The notes under the pieces: model-generated | What the model saw: only the letters and a program-made list of their open reading frames with translations | The model's database searches: none | Told to the model about the DNA's origin: nothing | DNA from: Candidatus Omnitrophota bacterium | GTDB lineage: Bacteria; Omnitrophota; Gorgyraeia; Zapsychrales; Zapsychraceae | Reading direction: 5' to 3' | NCBI GenBank assembly: GCA_020429915.1 | Contig: JAGQKV010000015.1 | Location: 65,593-129,592, forward strand | DNA: 64,000 nucleotides | Shown here: positions 18,775 to 28,698 of the stretch, piece after piece | Position numbering within the stretch: position 1 is the first letter of the stretch | Layout: each line of letters starts with the position of its first letter | Position numbers and translations under genes: made by a program

Positions 18775-18859
18775 GTGTCCTCCTTTGTTAATAAAAAAAC
18801 CCTGGTTGATCCGGGTATCCCGGTCAATCCAGAGCCTCAGCGCCGTGAATTGATGACAA

Positions 18860-18895
18860 TAAAAAAGCCCAATTTCCCCTGCGGGTTAATTGGGC
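18860..18895 (-). terminator. Rho-independent terminator ending the lgt operon.
   Basis: Reverse strand reads GCCCAATT-[13 nt]-AATTGGGC followed by TTTTTTATTG. Confidence 0.6.
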
Positions 18896-19011
18896 ATCAC
18901 TGTCCGAATGTCATGTGGTGACGGCCTTGCCACCTTTGAACTACGATCCTATTATACGATGTAATTTCCGCTTGTCAAGGGGCAGCGAAAAAAAAACTTG
19001 ATTTTTTATCC

Positions 19012-19191
19012 TCAGGACCACTCCTCCTCTACCTGCCGGGCCTTGACCAAAAAGGCCCCTTTCAGCCGTTCTCCGTCATATCCGATGCCCATCAGGGCCT
19101 TCTCCATCAGGTCAATCGCGTCACAGACGTCCACGACCGCGTCGTCCTCGACGGTGACCGCGTGTCCTTCATGCTCAATGAAGATCTTCAT
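19012..19191 (-). CDS. Small hypothetical protein, about 59 aa, translationally coupled to lgt.
   Basis: Its ATG overlaps the lgt TGA stop (ATGA). Sequence MKIFIEHEGHAVTVEDDAVVDVCDAIDL... Confidence 0.35.
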   Translation of the reverse strand: MKIFIEHEGHAVTVEDDAVVDVCDAIDLMEKALMGIGYDGERLKGAFLVKARQVEEEWS

Positions 19192-20033
19192 GATGATTCT
19201 CCGCTCTGTTTCGGTTTGGACAGAAAAACCAGCACCGGGACGACCAGCATGGCTAGGGTGAGCCACTGGCCCATACTCAGGCCTGCCCACAGCAACCCCA
19301 GATGCTCATCCGGTTGCCGGAAAAATTCGATGCTGAAGCGCGCCAGCCCGTAACCGAAGACATACACCCAAAAAAGGTATCCGCGCAGCACCGCCTTGTT
19401 GCGCAGCGCCCACAGCACCAAAAAAAGGACCACGCCTTCTCCCAACGCTTCATACAGCTGGGACGGATGCCGGAGCTGCCCCGTGGGCGCCCCCGGAAAA
19501 TACATCCCCCACGGAACGGTGGTCACCCGCCCCCACAGCTCCCCGTTCAGAAAATTGCCGATACGCCCGCAGGTATAACCCAGGGGAACAGCCGGAATAA
19601 AAAAGTCCACGAAACGCCAGAACGGCAGTTTGTTGCGCCGGCAGAACAGGTAAGTCGCCGTGAAGACACCGATGAGCCCTCCGTGATACGACAAACCGCT
19701 GATGCCGACCATCGCCATGCCCTCCGCCTTACGGAACGGCCAAAAGACTTCCAGCGGATGGGCGGCGAAATACGTAAAATCGTAAAACAGCACATAGCCG
19801 ATCCGGCCACCGGCCAAGGCTCCACAAACGGCCCAAATGATGAAGTCTTCGCATTGGGCTGCGGTGTAGGGGAGTTTTTCTTTCTTGATGCGATGGACTA
19901 AAACGGCGTAGACCACGAGGAAGGACGACAGGTACATCAAACCGTAGTAGCGGATCTGTAACGGTCCGAGCTGAAGCAGGACCGGATCGATCCGTTCGGG
20001 GATATGTTGCCACCACAGCCAAAAGGAACTCAT
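19188..20033 (-). CDS. lgt: Prolipoprotein diacylglyceryl transferase.
   Basis: Lgt signature YHGGLIG plus GRIGNFLNGELWG; 281 aa polytopic membrane protein. Confidence 0.9.
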   Translation of the reverse strand: MSSFWLWWQHIPERIDPVLLQLGPLQIRYYGLMYLSSFLVVYAVLVHRIKKEKLPYTAAQCEDFIIWAVCGALAGGRIGYVLFYDFTYFAAHPLEVFWPFRKAEGMAMVGISGLSYHGGLIGVFTATYLFCRRNKLPFWRFVDFFIPAVPLGYTCGRIGNFLNGELWGRVTTVPWGMYFPGAPTGQLRHPSQLYEALGEGVVLFLVLWALRNKAVLRGYLFWVYVFGYGLARFSIEFFRQPDEHLGLLWAGLSMGQWLTLAMLVVPVLVFLSKPKQSGESS

Positions 20034-20066
20034 AACACTATCCGCGCTTGTATCCCGGCTCCGGGA

Positions 20067-20330
20067 TCAGATGATCCCGTCCAGCAAGATCAACTCTTCC
20101 ACGAGAAGGACCGGGATATTCTCCCGGATCGGATACACGCTGCCGCGGTCGCCGACCCGGAACAGCCCGCCGTCAATGGGCTCGGTCACCTTCTCCTGGG
20201 CCCGGTTACGCACCTTGCCCGCGGCGATGGCGGCGTTAATCCGGTCGATCACGTCTTGGTCCGCGGCTTCCAGGTCTTTCTTGGTCTCGGGACAGGCGAG
20301 GATACTCAGCAGGTCTTTATCGATCGTCAT
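20067..20330 (-). CDS. Trm112-like (DUF343) small protein.
   Basis: LLSILACPETKKDL ... YPIRENIPVLLVEE matches the Trm112/YcaR pattern; 87 aa. Confidence 0.65.
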   Translation of the reverse strand: MTIDKDLLSILACPETKKDLEAADQDVIDRINAAIAAGKVRNRAQEKVTEPIDGGLFRVGDRGSVYPIRENIPVLLVEELILLDGII

Positions 20331-20746
20331 TACATTGTGCCCAGCATATAGTCGACAACCCGGCCTTCAACACCGTTCTCGCGCAGATAGTCGATTTGAT
20401 CAACGGAAAGGTTATACTTGGATTTGGTCCGGCGCATCTCATCGATAATGATATTTCCAGGAACGCCTTTTTGGGACATCTCGGCGACTTCGGTCACCGA
20501 AAGTTGCTTGGCACTGCCCTTCCCTTCAGTGGCCTTGCCGATCAATCCGCCGGCGACGGCACCCGCGGCCGCACCGATGGCAGCCCCTTCAACACCGTGC
20601 TCATCATCCTGGTGTCCCACAATACCGCCGATCACCGCGCCGGTGGCCGCACCGATGGCCGCGCCCTTTCCGGTCCCGGTATTCATGGTTTCACATCCGG
20701 CGGTGCCGACCGCCAGCAACACGGTCATCACGATCAGTTTCTTCAT
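20330..20746 (-). CDS. Glycine-zipper lipoprotein.
   Basis: MKKLIVMTVLLAVGTAGC lipobox, preceded by a GAGGAGGG RBS. GxxxG-rich segment (GAAIGAATGAVIGGIVG...GAAIGAAAGAVAGGLIG). Confidence 0.6.
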   Translation of the reverse strand: MKKLIVMTVLLAVGTAGCETMNTGTGKGAAIGAATGAVIGGIVGHQDDEHGVEGAAIGAAAGAVAGGLIGKATEGKGSAKQLSVTEVAEMSQKGVPGNIIIDEMRRTKSKYNLSVDQIDYLRENGVEGRVVDYMLGTM

Positions 20747-20826
20747 GATCCCTCCTCTGCAAAGAAATAATTTGTGGCTAACCGCTATAAGTATATCTCG
20801 AATCATGGGATTGTACACCGGATAAT

Positions 20827-21264
20827 TCACTGTCCGCTCAACGAACGCAACCGCTCCGCCATCGCGAAAAACCCGTTGCGCCGGTTGGGACTGAGATGAC
20901 CTACCAGCCCCAGCTTGCGGAAAATCGCGTCCAGATCCACCGCCGCGATTTCGGCGGCCGTCTGGCCGTCGTAGATAATCTGCATAATAGCGATCAATCC
21001 GTTGACGATCATGGCGTCGCTGTTGGCGATAAAATGGATGCGCGGCGGATCATCCGCGGTGACATTAATCACCATGTGAACCGTACTGATGCAGCCGTGG
21101 ACGCGGTTCTCCTCGGTCTTTTCGGACGGATCCAGCGGCGGGATCTTCTTACCCATTTCTATGATGAACCGGTACCGGTCTTCCCAGTTCTGCAGCACTT
21201 CAAAATTCTTAAAGAGCCGGTCGAGGTCCATTTGTTTAACAGTTTCGCTCATAGGGTCCTTCAT
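20827..21264 (-). CDS. sufE: SufE-like sulfur acceptor protein.
   Basis: Conserved Cys context RVHGCISTVHM; 145 aa. Confidence 0.7.
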   Translation of the reverse strand: MKDPMSETVKQMDLDRLFKNFEVLQNWEDRYRFIIEMGKKIPPLDPSEKTEENRVHGCISTVHMVINVTADDPPRIHFIANSDAMIVNGLIAIMQIIYDGQTAAEIAAVDLDAIFRKLGLVGHLSPNRRNGFFAMAERLRSLSGQ

Positions 21265-21809
21265 GGGGACAGCTCGGCCGTCGGGCGGGCCTTCTGAAAA
21301 TCCTTGTAAAGGAGGCTGGGCTGCACTCCCTGGTTGTTTTGATACTTTTCGCTGTGATAACGCTCAAAGTCTCCCTGAATGGTGTGATAAAAGATCTGGC
21401 AGATTTCAATGCCCGGATAAATCCGGATCGGTTTGACGCAAAACATTTCCAACGTCCAATACCCGGAAAAACCGACGTCCCCGAACCCGGCGGTCACGTG
21501 AACGAACAAACCCAGCCGGCCGATGGATGAGCGCCCTTCCAGCATCGGCACGAAATTCTCGGTCCGCGTCCGCTCCTGCGTGCGGCCGAGGTACAATTGG
21601 CCGCACTCCAACTGCAGCCCATCCTCGGGAATGATCATCTCCCGGACCTTGTTTTCCTTCTTCATGTCCAGGACAGCGGATTCGTAAACCAGCACCTGAT
21701 TATGCAGGCGCAGATTATAGCTGTTGGTATTGAGCTGATCGTCGTTGAAGGGATCAATGAAAATGTCTTTATTGAGGCGTTTCTTGATTTCCAATCCGGA
21801 TAAAATCAT
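21261..21809 (-). CDS. dcd: dCTP deaminase.
   Basis: GRSSIGRLGLFVHVTAGFGDVGFSGYWTLE is a dCTP deaminase/dUTPase-fold signature; 182 aa. Confidence 0.85.
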   Translation of the reverse strand: MILSGLEIKKRLNKDIFIDPFNDDQLNTNSYNLRLHNQVLVYESAVLDMKKENKVREMIIPEDGLQLECGQLYLGRTQERTRTENFVPMLEGRSSIGRLGLFVHVTAGFGDVGFSGYWTLEMFCVKPIRIYPGIEICQIFYHTIQGDFERYHSEKYQNNQGVQPSLLYKDFQKARPTAELSP

Positions 21810-21825
21810 GGGCTGAATCCTCGGG

Positions 21826-22356
21826 TTAGCGGGTCAACTCCCAGGCAAAATGCGCGCATTCCGGCGCGATCAGTTTTTCCCACGCCAGTCTGACCGCCTG
21901 CGGTGAGCCAGGCACGGAGATAATGACTTTTCCCTGAGAAGTGCCGGCGGTCGCCCGCGAGAGCATCGCGGCCGCGCCGACCTGTTCGTAACTGAGCATG
22001 CGGAACAACTCCCCGAAACCGGGAAGTGTTTTGTCGAGTTGCCCGCTGATCACATCGAAGGTCCGGTCCCGGCGGGCGATGCCGGTACCGCCGTTGAAGA
22101 TGATGATCCGGGCTCCCCCCTCCTGCAACGCTGCGAGGATCGCCTCGATATCACCGGCCTCGTCCCTGACGATGTGTGCCGATTCGACCGTATGACCCAA
22201 GGCCGAAATCCGCTCTTTAAGATAGCGGCCGTTTTCGTCCGTGGATTCGGTACGCGTGTCGCTGACGGTGACCAGGGCGAAGGTGATCGGCCCGGCGTGT
22301 TGAGCTTGAGCGCGATGCGCGGCGGAAGATGGTTCCTGCGGAGTATCGGCGCTCAT
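21826..22356 (-). CDS. moaB: Molybdenum cofactor biosynthesis protein, MoaB/MogA family.
   Basis: GGTG motif in [16 protein letters not shown]; 176 aa MoCF-biosynthesis fold. Confidence 0.7.
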   Translation of the reverse strand: MSADTPQEPSSAAHRAQAQHAGPITFALVTVSDTRTESTDENGRYLKERISALGHTVESAHIVRDEAGDIEAILAALQEGGARIIIFNGGTGIARRDRTFDVISGQLDKTLPGFGELFRMLSYEQVGAAAMLSRATAGTSQGKVIISVPGSPQAVRLAWEKLIAPECAHFAWELTR

Positions 22357-22359
22357 CGA

Positions 22360-23322
22360 CTACTTAAGGCCGCCCTGCGGAAACTTGCGGATCACGGCCA
22401 CGGCATTATGGCTGTGGAGGGATTCCCAGTGTTCCACACTGGCCACCCAGTCGATAATCTTTTCCTGCGCATTCAAGACTTCGCTCAGACGCCGGGTGGC
22501 GTGTTCCACAAACATGGGGTTCTGCGCGTTGAGGACCGCAAAGGCCTGCTCGTCGATGCGTTTGACAAAACTTTGCGTCTCGGTCGGAATCGCGCTGCGC
22601 AACAGCGCCACCAGGTCCGCGACGAAGAAATTGTCGATATCCTTGAGCTCAACGGTCACCGCGGCCTCGGAACGCTGACTGTGCGGAACGGCCATGCCGT
22701 TGCCTTCGGTAACACGTTTCTTGGAGTGTTCGTATTCGTACTGTTTCGACATCGACAGGCTGCACGGGCAGGTCGATGAATATTCATACCGGACGGTCAG
22801 GAAAAACCGCAGATCCCCCTTATCGCTCTTGCCTTCGACAATACAGTCGTAGTACTGCCATCCCCAATTGGGACTCTTCAAGGCCGGTTGCTTGAGCGCG
22901 TAACGGAAACGGAGCTTCAGATAAGATTTTTGAAACAGCGGATCATTTTCCTCATCACGCATATCCGCGCGGTAGCGTTCCAAAATGGTGCGAAACAGTT
23001 TGGTACAGACGTGCGACTTGGCCACTTCCTGTTGCAGGATTTCGTACAACCGGCTCATGTTGATCCCGGCCTTTCCCTTGGGAAAGTGAATGTACATACT
23101 GGCCTCGGTATCGTGGTTGATCAAGTCGCCTTCAGGGGTGCGGTAATTCATCGGAATCCGAAACCGGTTGATGCCCACCTTATCGATGTCGATGCCGAAC
23201 AGATCGGGAAGCTGATGGAAATCGTTCAGCCCGGTCTTGTCCTTGGTATCGCACTTGAGGATGCGGTCTTCCGACGGTATGGTCGATTCTTCCATGTCAT
23301 TCTCCTTGTCTTGCTCACTCAT
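22360..23322 (-). CDS. folE2: GTP cyclohydrolase, FolE2/MptA family (type IB).
   Basis: Metal-binding cysteines STCPCS and the C-terminal ESLHSHNAVA motif; 320 aa. Confidence 0.8.
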   Translation of the reverse strand: MSEQDKENDMEESTIPSEDRILKCDTKDKTGLNDFHQLPDLFGIDIDKVGINRFRIPMNYRTPEGDLINHDTEASMYIHFPKGKAGINMSRLYEILQQEVAKSHVCTKLFRTILERYRADMRDEENDPLFQKSYLKLRFRYALKQPALKSPNWGWQYYDCIVEGKSDKGDLRFFLTVRYEYSSTCPCSLSMSKQYEYEHSKKRVTEGNGMAVPHSQRSEAAVTVELKDIDNFFVADLVALLRSAIPTETQSFVKRIDEQAFAVLNAQNPMFVEHATRRLSEVLNAQEKIIDWVASVEHWESLHSHNAVAVIRKFPQGGLK

Positions 23323-23325
23323 GAT

Positions 23326-23802
23326 CTATGCCATTCCCCCGAAGTCATAAAACGTCACGTCGTGATTGATCAATTGACCTTCTTTGTAATAAAACCTGGC
23401 CGAAAAGAACTTGTCCCGCTTCAGCCATTCCAAAAAATATCGATCGCCGTCCCATAAATGCAGGTCGGTGAGTTTGTCGTCATCGATCCAGCACAGGACG
23501 CCCTCGTCGCAATCCTTCATTTCGCCGCTGAAATCGCACGCCGTAAATAAAAAGACCAGCCAGTCTTCCTGGTCCTTGAACTCCGGAAACGTCATGACCC
23601 CGCGCAGTGTGGGGCGGTGAATGTCGAGGCCGGACTCCTCTTTGACCTCCCGTATCACGCAATCTTCCGGTGTTTCGCCGGCATGAAACTTTCCGCCCAG
23701 ACCGTTGTACTTGCCTTGATGGACATCCTTGTCCTTTTTGATGCGGTGGAGCATCAGGGTCTGACCGTCGCGTTGCAAATAACAAAGTGTTGAAGCCAGC
23801 AT
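23326..23802 (-). CDS. NUDIX hydrolase.
   Basis: Nudix box GGKFHAGETPEDCVIREVKEESGL; 158 aa. Its start overlaps the HAD gene stop. Confidence 0.8.
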   Translation of the reverse strand: MLASTLCYLQRDGQTLMLHRIKKDKDVHQGKYNGLGGKFHAGETPEDCVIREVKEESGLDIHRPTLRGVMTFPEFKDQEDWLVFLFTACDFSGEMKDCDEGVLCWIDDDKLTDLHLWDGDRYFLEWLKRDKFFSARFYYKEGQLINHDVTFYDFGGMA

Positions 23803-23804
23803 TG

Positions 23805-24962
23805 TCAGGCCTGTGACGCCGCACGAACCAGCGCCGCCAGGTTCGCCTGCGTAAATATCTCTTGATGAGGATGCTCCCGAATCACGCCGTTGACGTACTC
23901 GAGCACGCGGCGTGTCCCGTCGACCAATCCCCCGATTGTCCGGGTGGTTAGAAACGGTATTATATCAGTTGAGGCCGGATTGGCCACTAAAATCGAATGT
24001 TCGGGACCGATCGCCTCAAAGGCTTCCCGGTCATTGCCGCTCGGCCGGCCGTCATCCCCCAGATAAACCGCATCCAGCGCAAACGAACTCTTGGCGTCCG
24101 CGACCGCTAACGCCTCGCTACGGTACTCCTCACTTTCCACCGGGTCGCCCGCTTCATTAAAATACACGAGATTCGCCCCCCCGTTGGCCGATATCAGCAA
24201 ATTCCTCCGGCAGTCGACCTCCAAATGCCGGCCCACGCGGGCAACGGTGCGGTCCAAATGATTTCCGGAAATGATGAGATAGATCCCGCCGTGGCGCAGG
24301 TATTCGGTCAGCGCCGGAAGGGCGGCGCTGGTATTGAGTTCCGGCGCTTTACCGTCCCGCGGGCTGTCCCACGTCGTCCCGTCCGCGTCGGCGGCAATAA
24401 GCGTTCGTGTCCGGCGGGCATCCACGCCCGGTCCCGGCTTATAGGCTATTGCCTCCAAAACGGCCTCCCACCGCTCCGATGCATAATGCAGGGGTAACGC
24501 CTTATTGACCCCGGCGATGTTGATTTCAAAGGAGGCCCTGCCGGACAGACGCACGTAGAACCGGTCGGCGGGGATGTGGGCGTGTTCACGGAAGAATTCG
24601 AGAACGATGCGTCGGAACTCCCCTGTAATGCCACGGGCGGCAATTTGGGCCACCCCCGGCTCGCCGGCTACCTGCCGGACCTCGATACGGACCGGATGGG
24701 CCACCGCCGTGGTGTACTCAGCCCCGTACCCGACGAGTTTGTCATCCTGAAAAAGATCGGGCCGCTCCCGGAAGCGTACGGCCGCTTCCTTGATCGCGGG
24801 TTCCATATTGTGCAATGCATCTTTGTTATTGTCAACTTGAGAAAAGATCGTGCCCGCGCCGGCCCCGCTGACAAAAGACAGAAACTCACGGATGAGGCCG
24901 CCGATGGCGGACACCAGCTCCCGGGCTTCTTCGGATTGTATCAAAGTGGATTGTTTCGACAA
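23805..24962 (-). CDS. HAD-superfamily phosphatase, HAD-IIB-like, with an uncharacterised ~190-aa N-terminal domain.
   Basis: HAD motif I LIAADADGTTW, motif IV LGDDGRPSGNDREAF, and an SGN segment (YLIISGNHLDRT). Confidence 0.55.
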   Translation of the reverse strand: MSKQSTLIQSEEARELVSAIGGLIREFLSFVSGAGAGTIFSQVDNNKDALHNMEPAIKEAAVRFRERPDLFQDDKLVGYGAEYTTAVAHPVRIEVRQVAGEPGVAQIAARGITGEFRRIVLEFFREHAHIPADRFYVRLSGRASFEINIAGVNKALPLHYASERWEAVLEAIAYKPGPGVDARRTRTLIAADADGTTWDSPRDGKAPELNTSAALPALTEYLRHGGIYLIISGNHLDRTVARVGRHLEVDCRRNLLISANGGANLVYFNEAGDPVESEEYRSEALAVADAKSSFALDAVYLGDDGRPSGNDREAFEAIGPEHSILVANPASTDIIPFLTTRTIGGLVDGTRRVLEYVNGVIREHPHQEIFTQANLAALVRAASQA

Positions 24963-25128
24963 AGTACTTGGTATTCCAGACCATACGGAATTTTATTCCC
25001 CCACGGGGTAGGGAATCTTATCAGGCCCTCCGACTTATGTCAACCATTATTCTCCAGGCCTAAAACCTTGAGAGGACTATAGTTGGAGTTAAAAACCCGG
25101 AAGAATTGGCGGTGGACAAGGGGCAAAA

Positions 25129-26187
25129 ATGGATTATAATATTGCCCGTATGGAAATCTCACCCAAAGAGTACCGTTTTCAGACGATTTGCCTGTTCATC
25201 CTGAGTACGTTCGCGATCTGTGTGGGGATGTACTACCTCAAACCGGTTCTCATCCCCTTCATCCTTTCGATGTTCTTTACCATGATGCTGACGCCCGTCA
25301 TCGATTTCCTGATGAAATTCCTGAGGTGCCCGCGCAAGCTGGCCATCCTCCTTACCATCATGCTCGGGTTCCTGCTGATTTCGATGTTCTTTCTGATGAT
25401 ATCGGCCTCTATCGGTCAGATCACGTCCTATGCCTCGGACTATCCCAGCACCGTGCGGCAGCTGCTCAGCGACACCGTGGACAAACTGCCGCTGGAACGC
25501 TTCGGCATGGAAAAGGAAGAAGTCACCAAACGTTTTTTGGAGACGTCGGCCAATACCGTGGGCAATATGATGAAGGGGCTGGCCAGCACCTTGGTCAGCG
25601 TTTTATCCAGCGGGTTTCTGGTCCTGATCTTCATGATCTTTTTACTGCTCGGGAAACAACCTCCTCAACATAAAGAAGGCAGCATCCTCCATAGCATCGA
25701 ATCGCGCATCAAGCGGTTTATCGGGGCGATGTTTTTCGTGTCAACGCTTACCGGAGTGCTGGTGGGGGTGGCACTAATGATATTGGGTGTGAAGTTCGCC
25801 TTTGTCTTCGGAATTCTGACGATTCTGCTCAATTTTATTCCGAATATCGGTTCCATCGTGGCCACCGTGCTGCCGATACCGGTCGCCCTGCTCGATCCGG
25901 AAATGGCGACGTGGGTCAAGGTCCTAGTGTTTGTGATCCCGACCGTCATCCAGCTCGGAATCGGAAATATCCTTCAGCCGAAAATCCTGGGCGACTCGCT
26001 ACAGCTGCATCCGGTGGTAATATTGATGTCATTGGTCTTCTTCGGAATGATGTGGGGGATCGTGGGGATGTTCCTCGCCTCGCCGATAGCCGCGGTGGTG
26101 AAGATTATTCTGGAGAAAATCGAGTATACCCAGACCATCGCCCAGTTAATGTCCGGTGACATCAAGTCATTGTCGACGGACGAATAG
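25129..26187 (+). CDS. AI-2E family transporter (PerM/YhhT, UPF0118).
   Basis: 352 aa with ~8 TM helices; typical C-terminal GNILQPKILGDSLQLHPVVILMSLVFFGMMWGIVGMFLASPIAAV. Confidence 0.8.
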   Translation: MDYNIARMEISPKEYRFQTICLFILSTFAICVGMYYLKPVLIPFILSMFFTMMLTPVIDFLMKFLRCPRKLAILLTIMLGFLLISMFFLMISASIGQITSYASDYPSTVRQLLSDTVDKLPLERFGMEKEEVTKRFLETSANTVGNMMKGLASTLVSVLSSGFLVLIFMIFLLLGKQPPQHKEGSILHSIESRIKRFIGAMFFVSTLTGVLVGVALMILGVKFAFVFGILTILLNFIPNIGSIVATVLPIPVALLDPEMATWVKVLVFVIPTVIQLGIGNILQPKILGDSLQLHPVVILMSLVFFGMMWGIVGMFLASPIAAVVKIILEKIEYTQTIAQLMSGDIKSLSTDE

Positions 26188-26204
26188 TCCCCGGTACCCG
26201 TCTT

Positions 26205-27026
26205 TTGCCCATGCGGATTTCCCTGGCGATCTTTATTATCCTTCTCGGCATCTCGCTGTTGACCTACCGCAACGGATTGCGCGGTGAGTTTATGCACGAA
26301 GATATCGCCTATCTGCTCAGTTCATCGTTCCGTGTCCCGGTGAATGCCATGAATGACGCCTTTCTTCCCCGCGCCGACGATAATTTCTATCGTCCGCTGA
26401 CGCGGATTTACGATTCATGGACCTATCAGCGGTTCGGTGAAAACATGCTGCCGCACCGGCTGATCAATATCATTTGCCTGACCCTGACCGGCGTCCTGGT
26501 CTTTCTGCTGGTCAAAAATATTACGTCCCATACGGGCACCAGCCTGCTGGCCTCCATCCTCTTCTGCGTGCATCCGATCAATTCCACACCCGTCCTGTAC
26601 GTGGCGATGCCTGTGATGCCGTATGCCACGCTCTTTCTGCTCAGCATGCTGTGCTATACCGATTTCTTCGAACGGCGGCAGCGCTGGGACCTGTTGTTGT
26701 TAAGCGGTCTGTGTTTTGCGTTGAGTTTTCTCGTGCACGAGATCATCTTGTGCCTGCCGGTCTATGTCTTTCTCTATGCCTGGCAGCTGCGTGGAAGCGG
26801 ATGGCGGACCGCTGTCCTGCATACCATACCGTACCTTAATCAGGCCCACCGCTGGAACCCCGATTCGTCCGCGGTCCATCACAACGCGGCCATGAGTTAC
26901 TTTGCCTTGGGTAACGCCCACCGCGCGGAGGAATTGTTGTTGCGGGCGCAGAAATTCGATCCGGAATCGACCACCGTGCGGGACAGCTTGAAAAAAGTCC
27001 GCCGGTATCTGGAGTCCTATGAATAG
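26205..27026 (+). CDS. TMTC/DUF1736-like membrane protein with a short C-terminal TPR; shorter paralogue of the next gene.
   Basis: Shares FLPRADDNFYRPLT / HRLINI / HPINST blocks with the next gene (FLMDDFPRV...YLRPVT / HLLSL / HPINGV). Its stop overlaps the next gene's start. Confidence 0.5.
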   Translation: MPMRISLAIFIILLGISLLTYRNGLRGEFMHEDIAYLLSSSFRVPVNAMNDAFLPRADDNFYRPLTRIYDSWTYQRFGENMLPHRLINIICLTLTGVLVFLLVKNITSHTGTSLLASILFCVHPINSTPVLYVAMPVMPYATLFLLSMLCYTDFFERRQRWDLLLLSGLCFALSFLVHEIILCLPVYVFLYAWQLRGSGWRTAVLHTIPYLNQAHRWNPDSSAVHHNAAMSYFALGNAHRAEELLLRAQKFDPESTTVRDSLKKVRRYLESYE

Positions 27027-28653
27027 TATATTGCGAAAACCGCTGTCACTGTCCAGCACCGGCAACAAGCGTTTTGTCTGGGTGGCGCTGTGTTTTATTG
27101 TCATCGGTTTGCTGACATACGGCAGCAGCCTGCACAACGATTTTCTCATGGACGACTTTCCCCGTGTCCTGGAGAATGCCGACTTCCGAGCCAAAGGATT
27201 CGCCCCTTTCGATCCGGAGACGCTGCGCAATCAGGTGTACTTGCGGCCGGTCACGGATTTCTTCAATTTCACGACCTTTGTCTTCTTCGGTGACAATCCG
27301 GCGGGTTATCATCTCTTGAGCCTGCTTTTGTATGTTTTGTCCGGTTGCGCCCTGTACCGTTTGCTGAACCTGCTCTTCGGCCGGCCGGTGGAGGCGTACC
27401 TCGCCGTACTGTTTTTCCTGACGCATCCGATCAACGGGGTCGCGGTCAATTACAAGAACGCGACCTCGTTTCCATTTCTTATCCTGGCGGTCCACGTGGC
27501 GCTGATTAAATACCTCCGCTACCTCGCCGACGACAACCCTCGGCATAATTTAATCGTCAGCGCCGTGTGGTTGGTGTTGGCATTGTTCTCACATGAAGTC
27601 GCGGTCGCTTTCCCGCTCTATCTGGCCGCCGCCCTTTATTTCGGCCGCGGACTTTCGCTTAAAAGTACGGTCATCGCCGCGCTCCCGCCGGCGGGTATCG
27701 TCGCCTTGTTCATCGTTACCCGTTCGCTGCTGTTGTCCGCCAAGGCCAATGTCGTCGGCAATATTGCGGATTTCCGGATCGATTTTGCCGGCTATCTTAT
27801 TCACTATACGAAACTGCTGGCATGGTACTTCGGCAGCTTTTTCTATCACGACGGCATCGTCCTCGCCTGGAACGCACCACTGGACCCCAACGCACCGTGG
27901 TGGTGGTTGGGTGTTCTGGCCGCGGCTGTCGGCAGCACGGCCTGGCTGCTCCTCGACCGCCGTGTTGCGCCGGCGTACCGATTCGGGATCGCCTGGATGG
28001 TGATCGGTTGCCTGCCGGTGGCACTGGCCTGTTTCTCGCGGCCTTTTCTGGGGTTTGTTATCCAGCCACACTGGCTGTTTTTCTCATCGGTCGGATTCTT
28101 CGTCTGTCTCGGTCATCTGATCGGCCGCTGCCGCATCGTCCTGCGCACCTGTGCGGCCGTGATCCTAACGGTTGTCTTTGTCCTGGCCTGCCAACGGCAA
28201 AATGCACGCTGGAGTTCAGAGCAGTTGTATTGTACTCATTGGCTCAGCGTATCGCCGGATAATTTCTGGCCGAATTTCTGGCTCGGACACGACTATCTCA
28301 GCCGGGGTCAGTACGGTCCGGCCCAGCGTTATTTCCGGCGGGCGGCCCTCACGCCGTACAAGCAAAATGTCGTCTGGGGAAACTTAGGAATTATCGCCTT
28401 AAAACAGGAAAAATTCTCGCTGGCCGAGGTATATTTCATGCGGGTTCTCGAGCAGGACCCGCGGGACGCTCAAACCTACTATTACCTCGGGCATATTTAC
28501 CGCAAGACCCGGCAATACCGGGCCGCAATCTTTTATCTGAATAAAGCCCTCGAGATCGACCGTTACCTGAGAAGCGCTGCCGAGGAGCTCGAACAAATCA
28601 CCGGCCGCCCGTCAAAAAGTCCGGACCGGGACTTAAAAAACGGGCGCGAATGA
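27019..28653 (+). CDS. TMTC-like polytopic membrane protein with C-terminal TPR repeats; GT-C-like putative glycosyltransferase.
   Basis: About 11 TM helices with a DUF1736-like F..DD motif near the first loop; C-terminal TPRs (QYGPAQRYFRRAAL..., AQTYYYLGHIYRKTRQYRAAIFYLNKALEID). Confidence 0.55.
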   Translation: MNSILRKPLSLSSTGNKRFVWVALCFIVIGLLTYGSSLHNDFLMDDFPRVLENADFRAKGFAPFDPETLRNQVYLRPVTDFFNFTTFVFFGDNPAGYHLLSLLLYVLSGCALYRLLNLLFGRPVEAYLAVLFFLTHPINGVAVNYKNATSFPFLILAVHVALIKYLRYLADDNPRHNLIVSAVWLVLALFSHEVAVAFPLYLAAALYFGRGLSLKSTVIAALPPAGIVALFIVTRSLLLSAKANVVGNIADFRIDFAGYLIHYTKLLAWYFGSFFYHDGIVLAWNAPLDPNAPWWWLGVLAAAVGSTAWLLLDRRVAPAYRFGIAWMVIGCLPVALACFSRPFLGFVIQPHWLFFSSVGFFVCLGHLIGRCRIVLRTCAAVILTVVFVLACQRQNARWSSEQLYCTHWLSVSPDNFWPNFWLGHDYLSRGQYGPAQRYFRRAALTPYKQNVVWGNLGIIALKQEKFSLAEVYFMRVLEQDPRDAQTYYYLGHIYRKTRQYRAAIFYLNKALEIDRYLRSAAEELEQITGRPSKSPDRDLKNGRE

Positions 28654-28698
28654 TATATACTTTACGGAAGCGGATCCGTCCGCCAGCAAAGGAATCGC

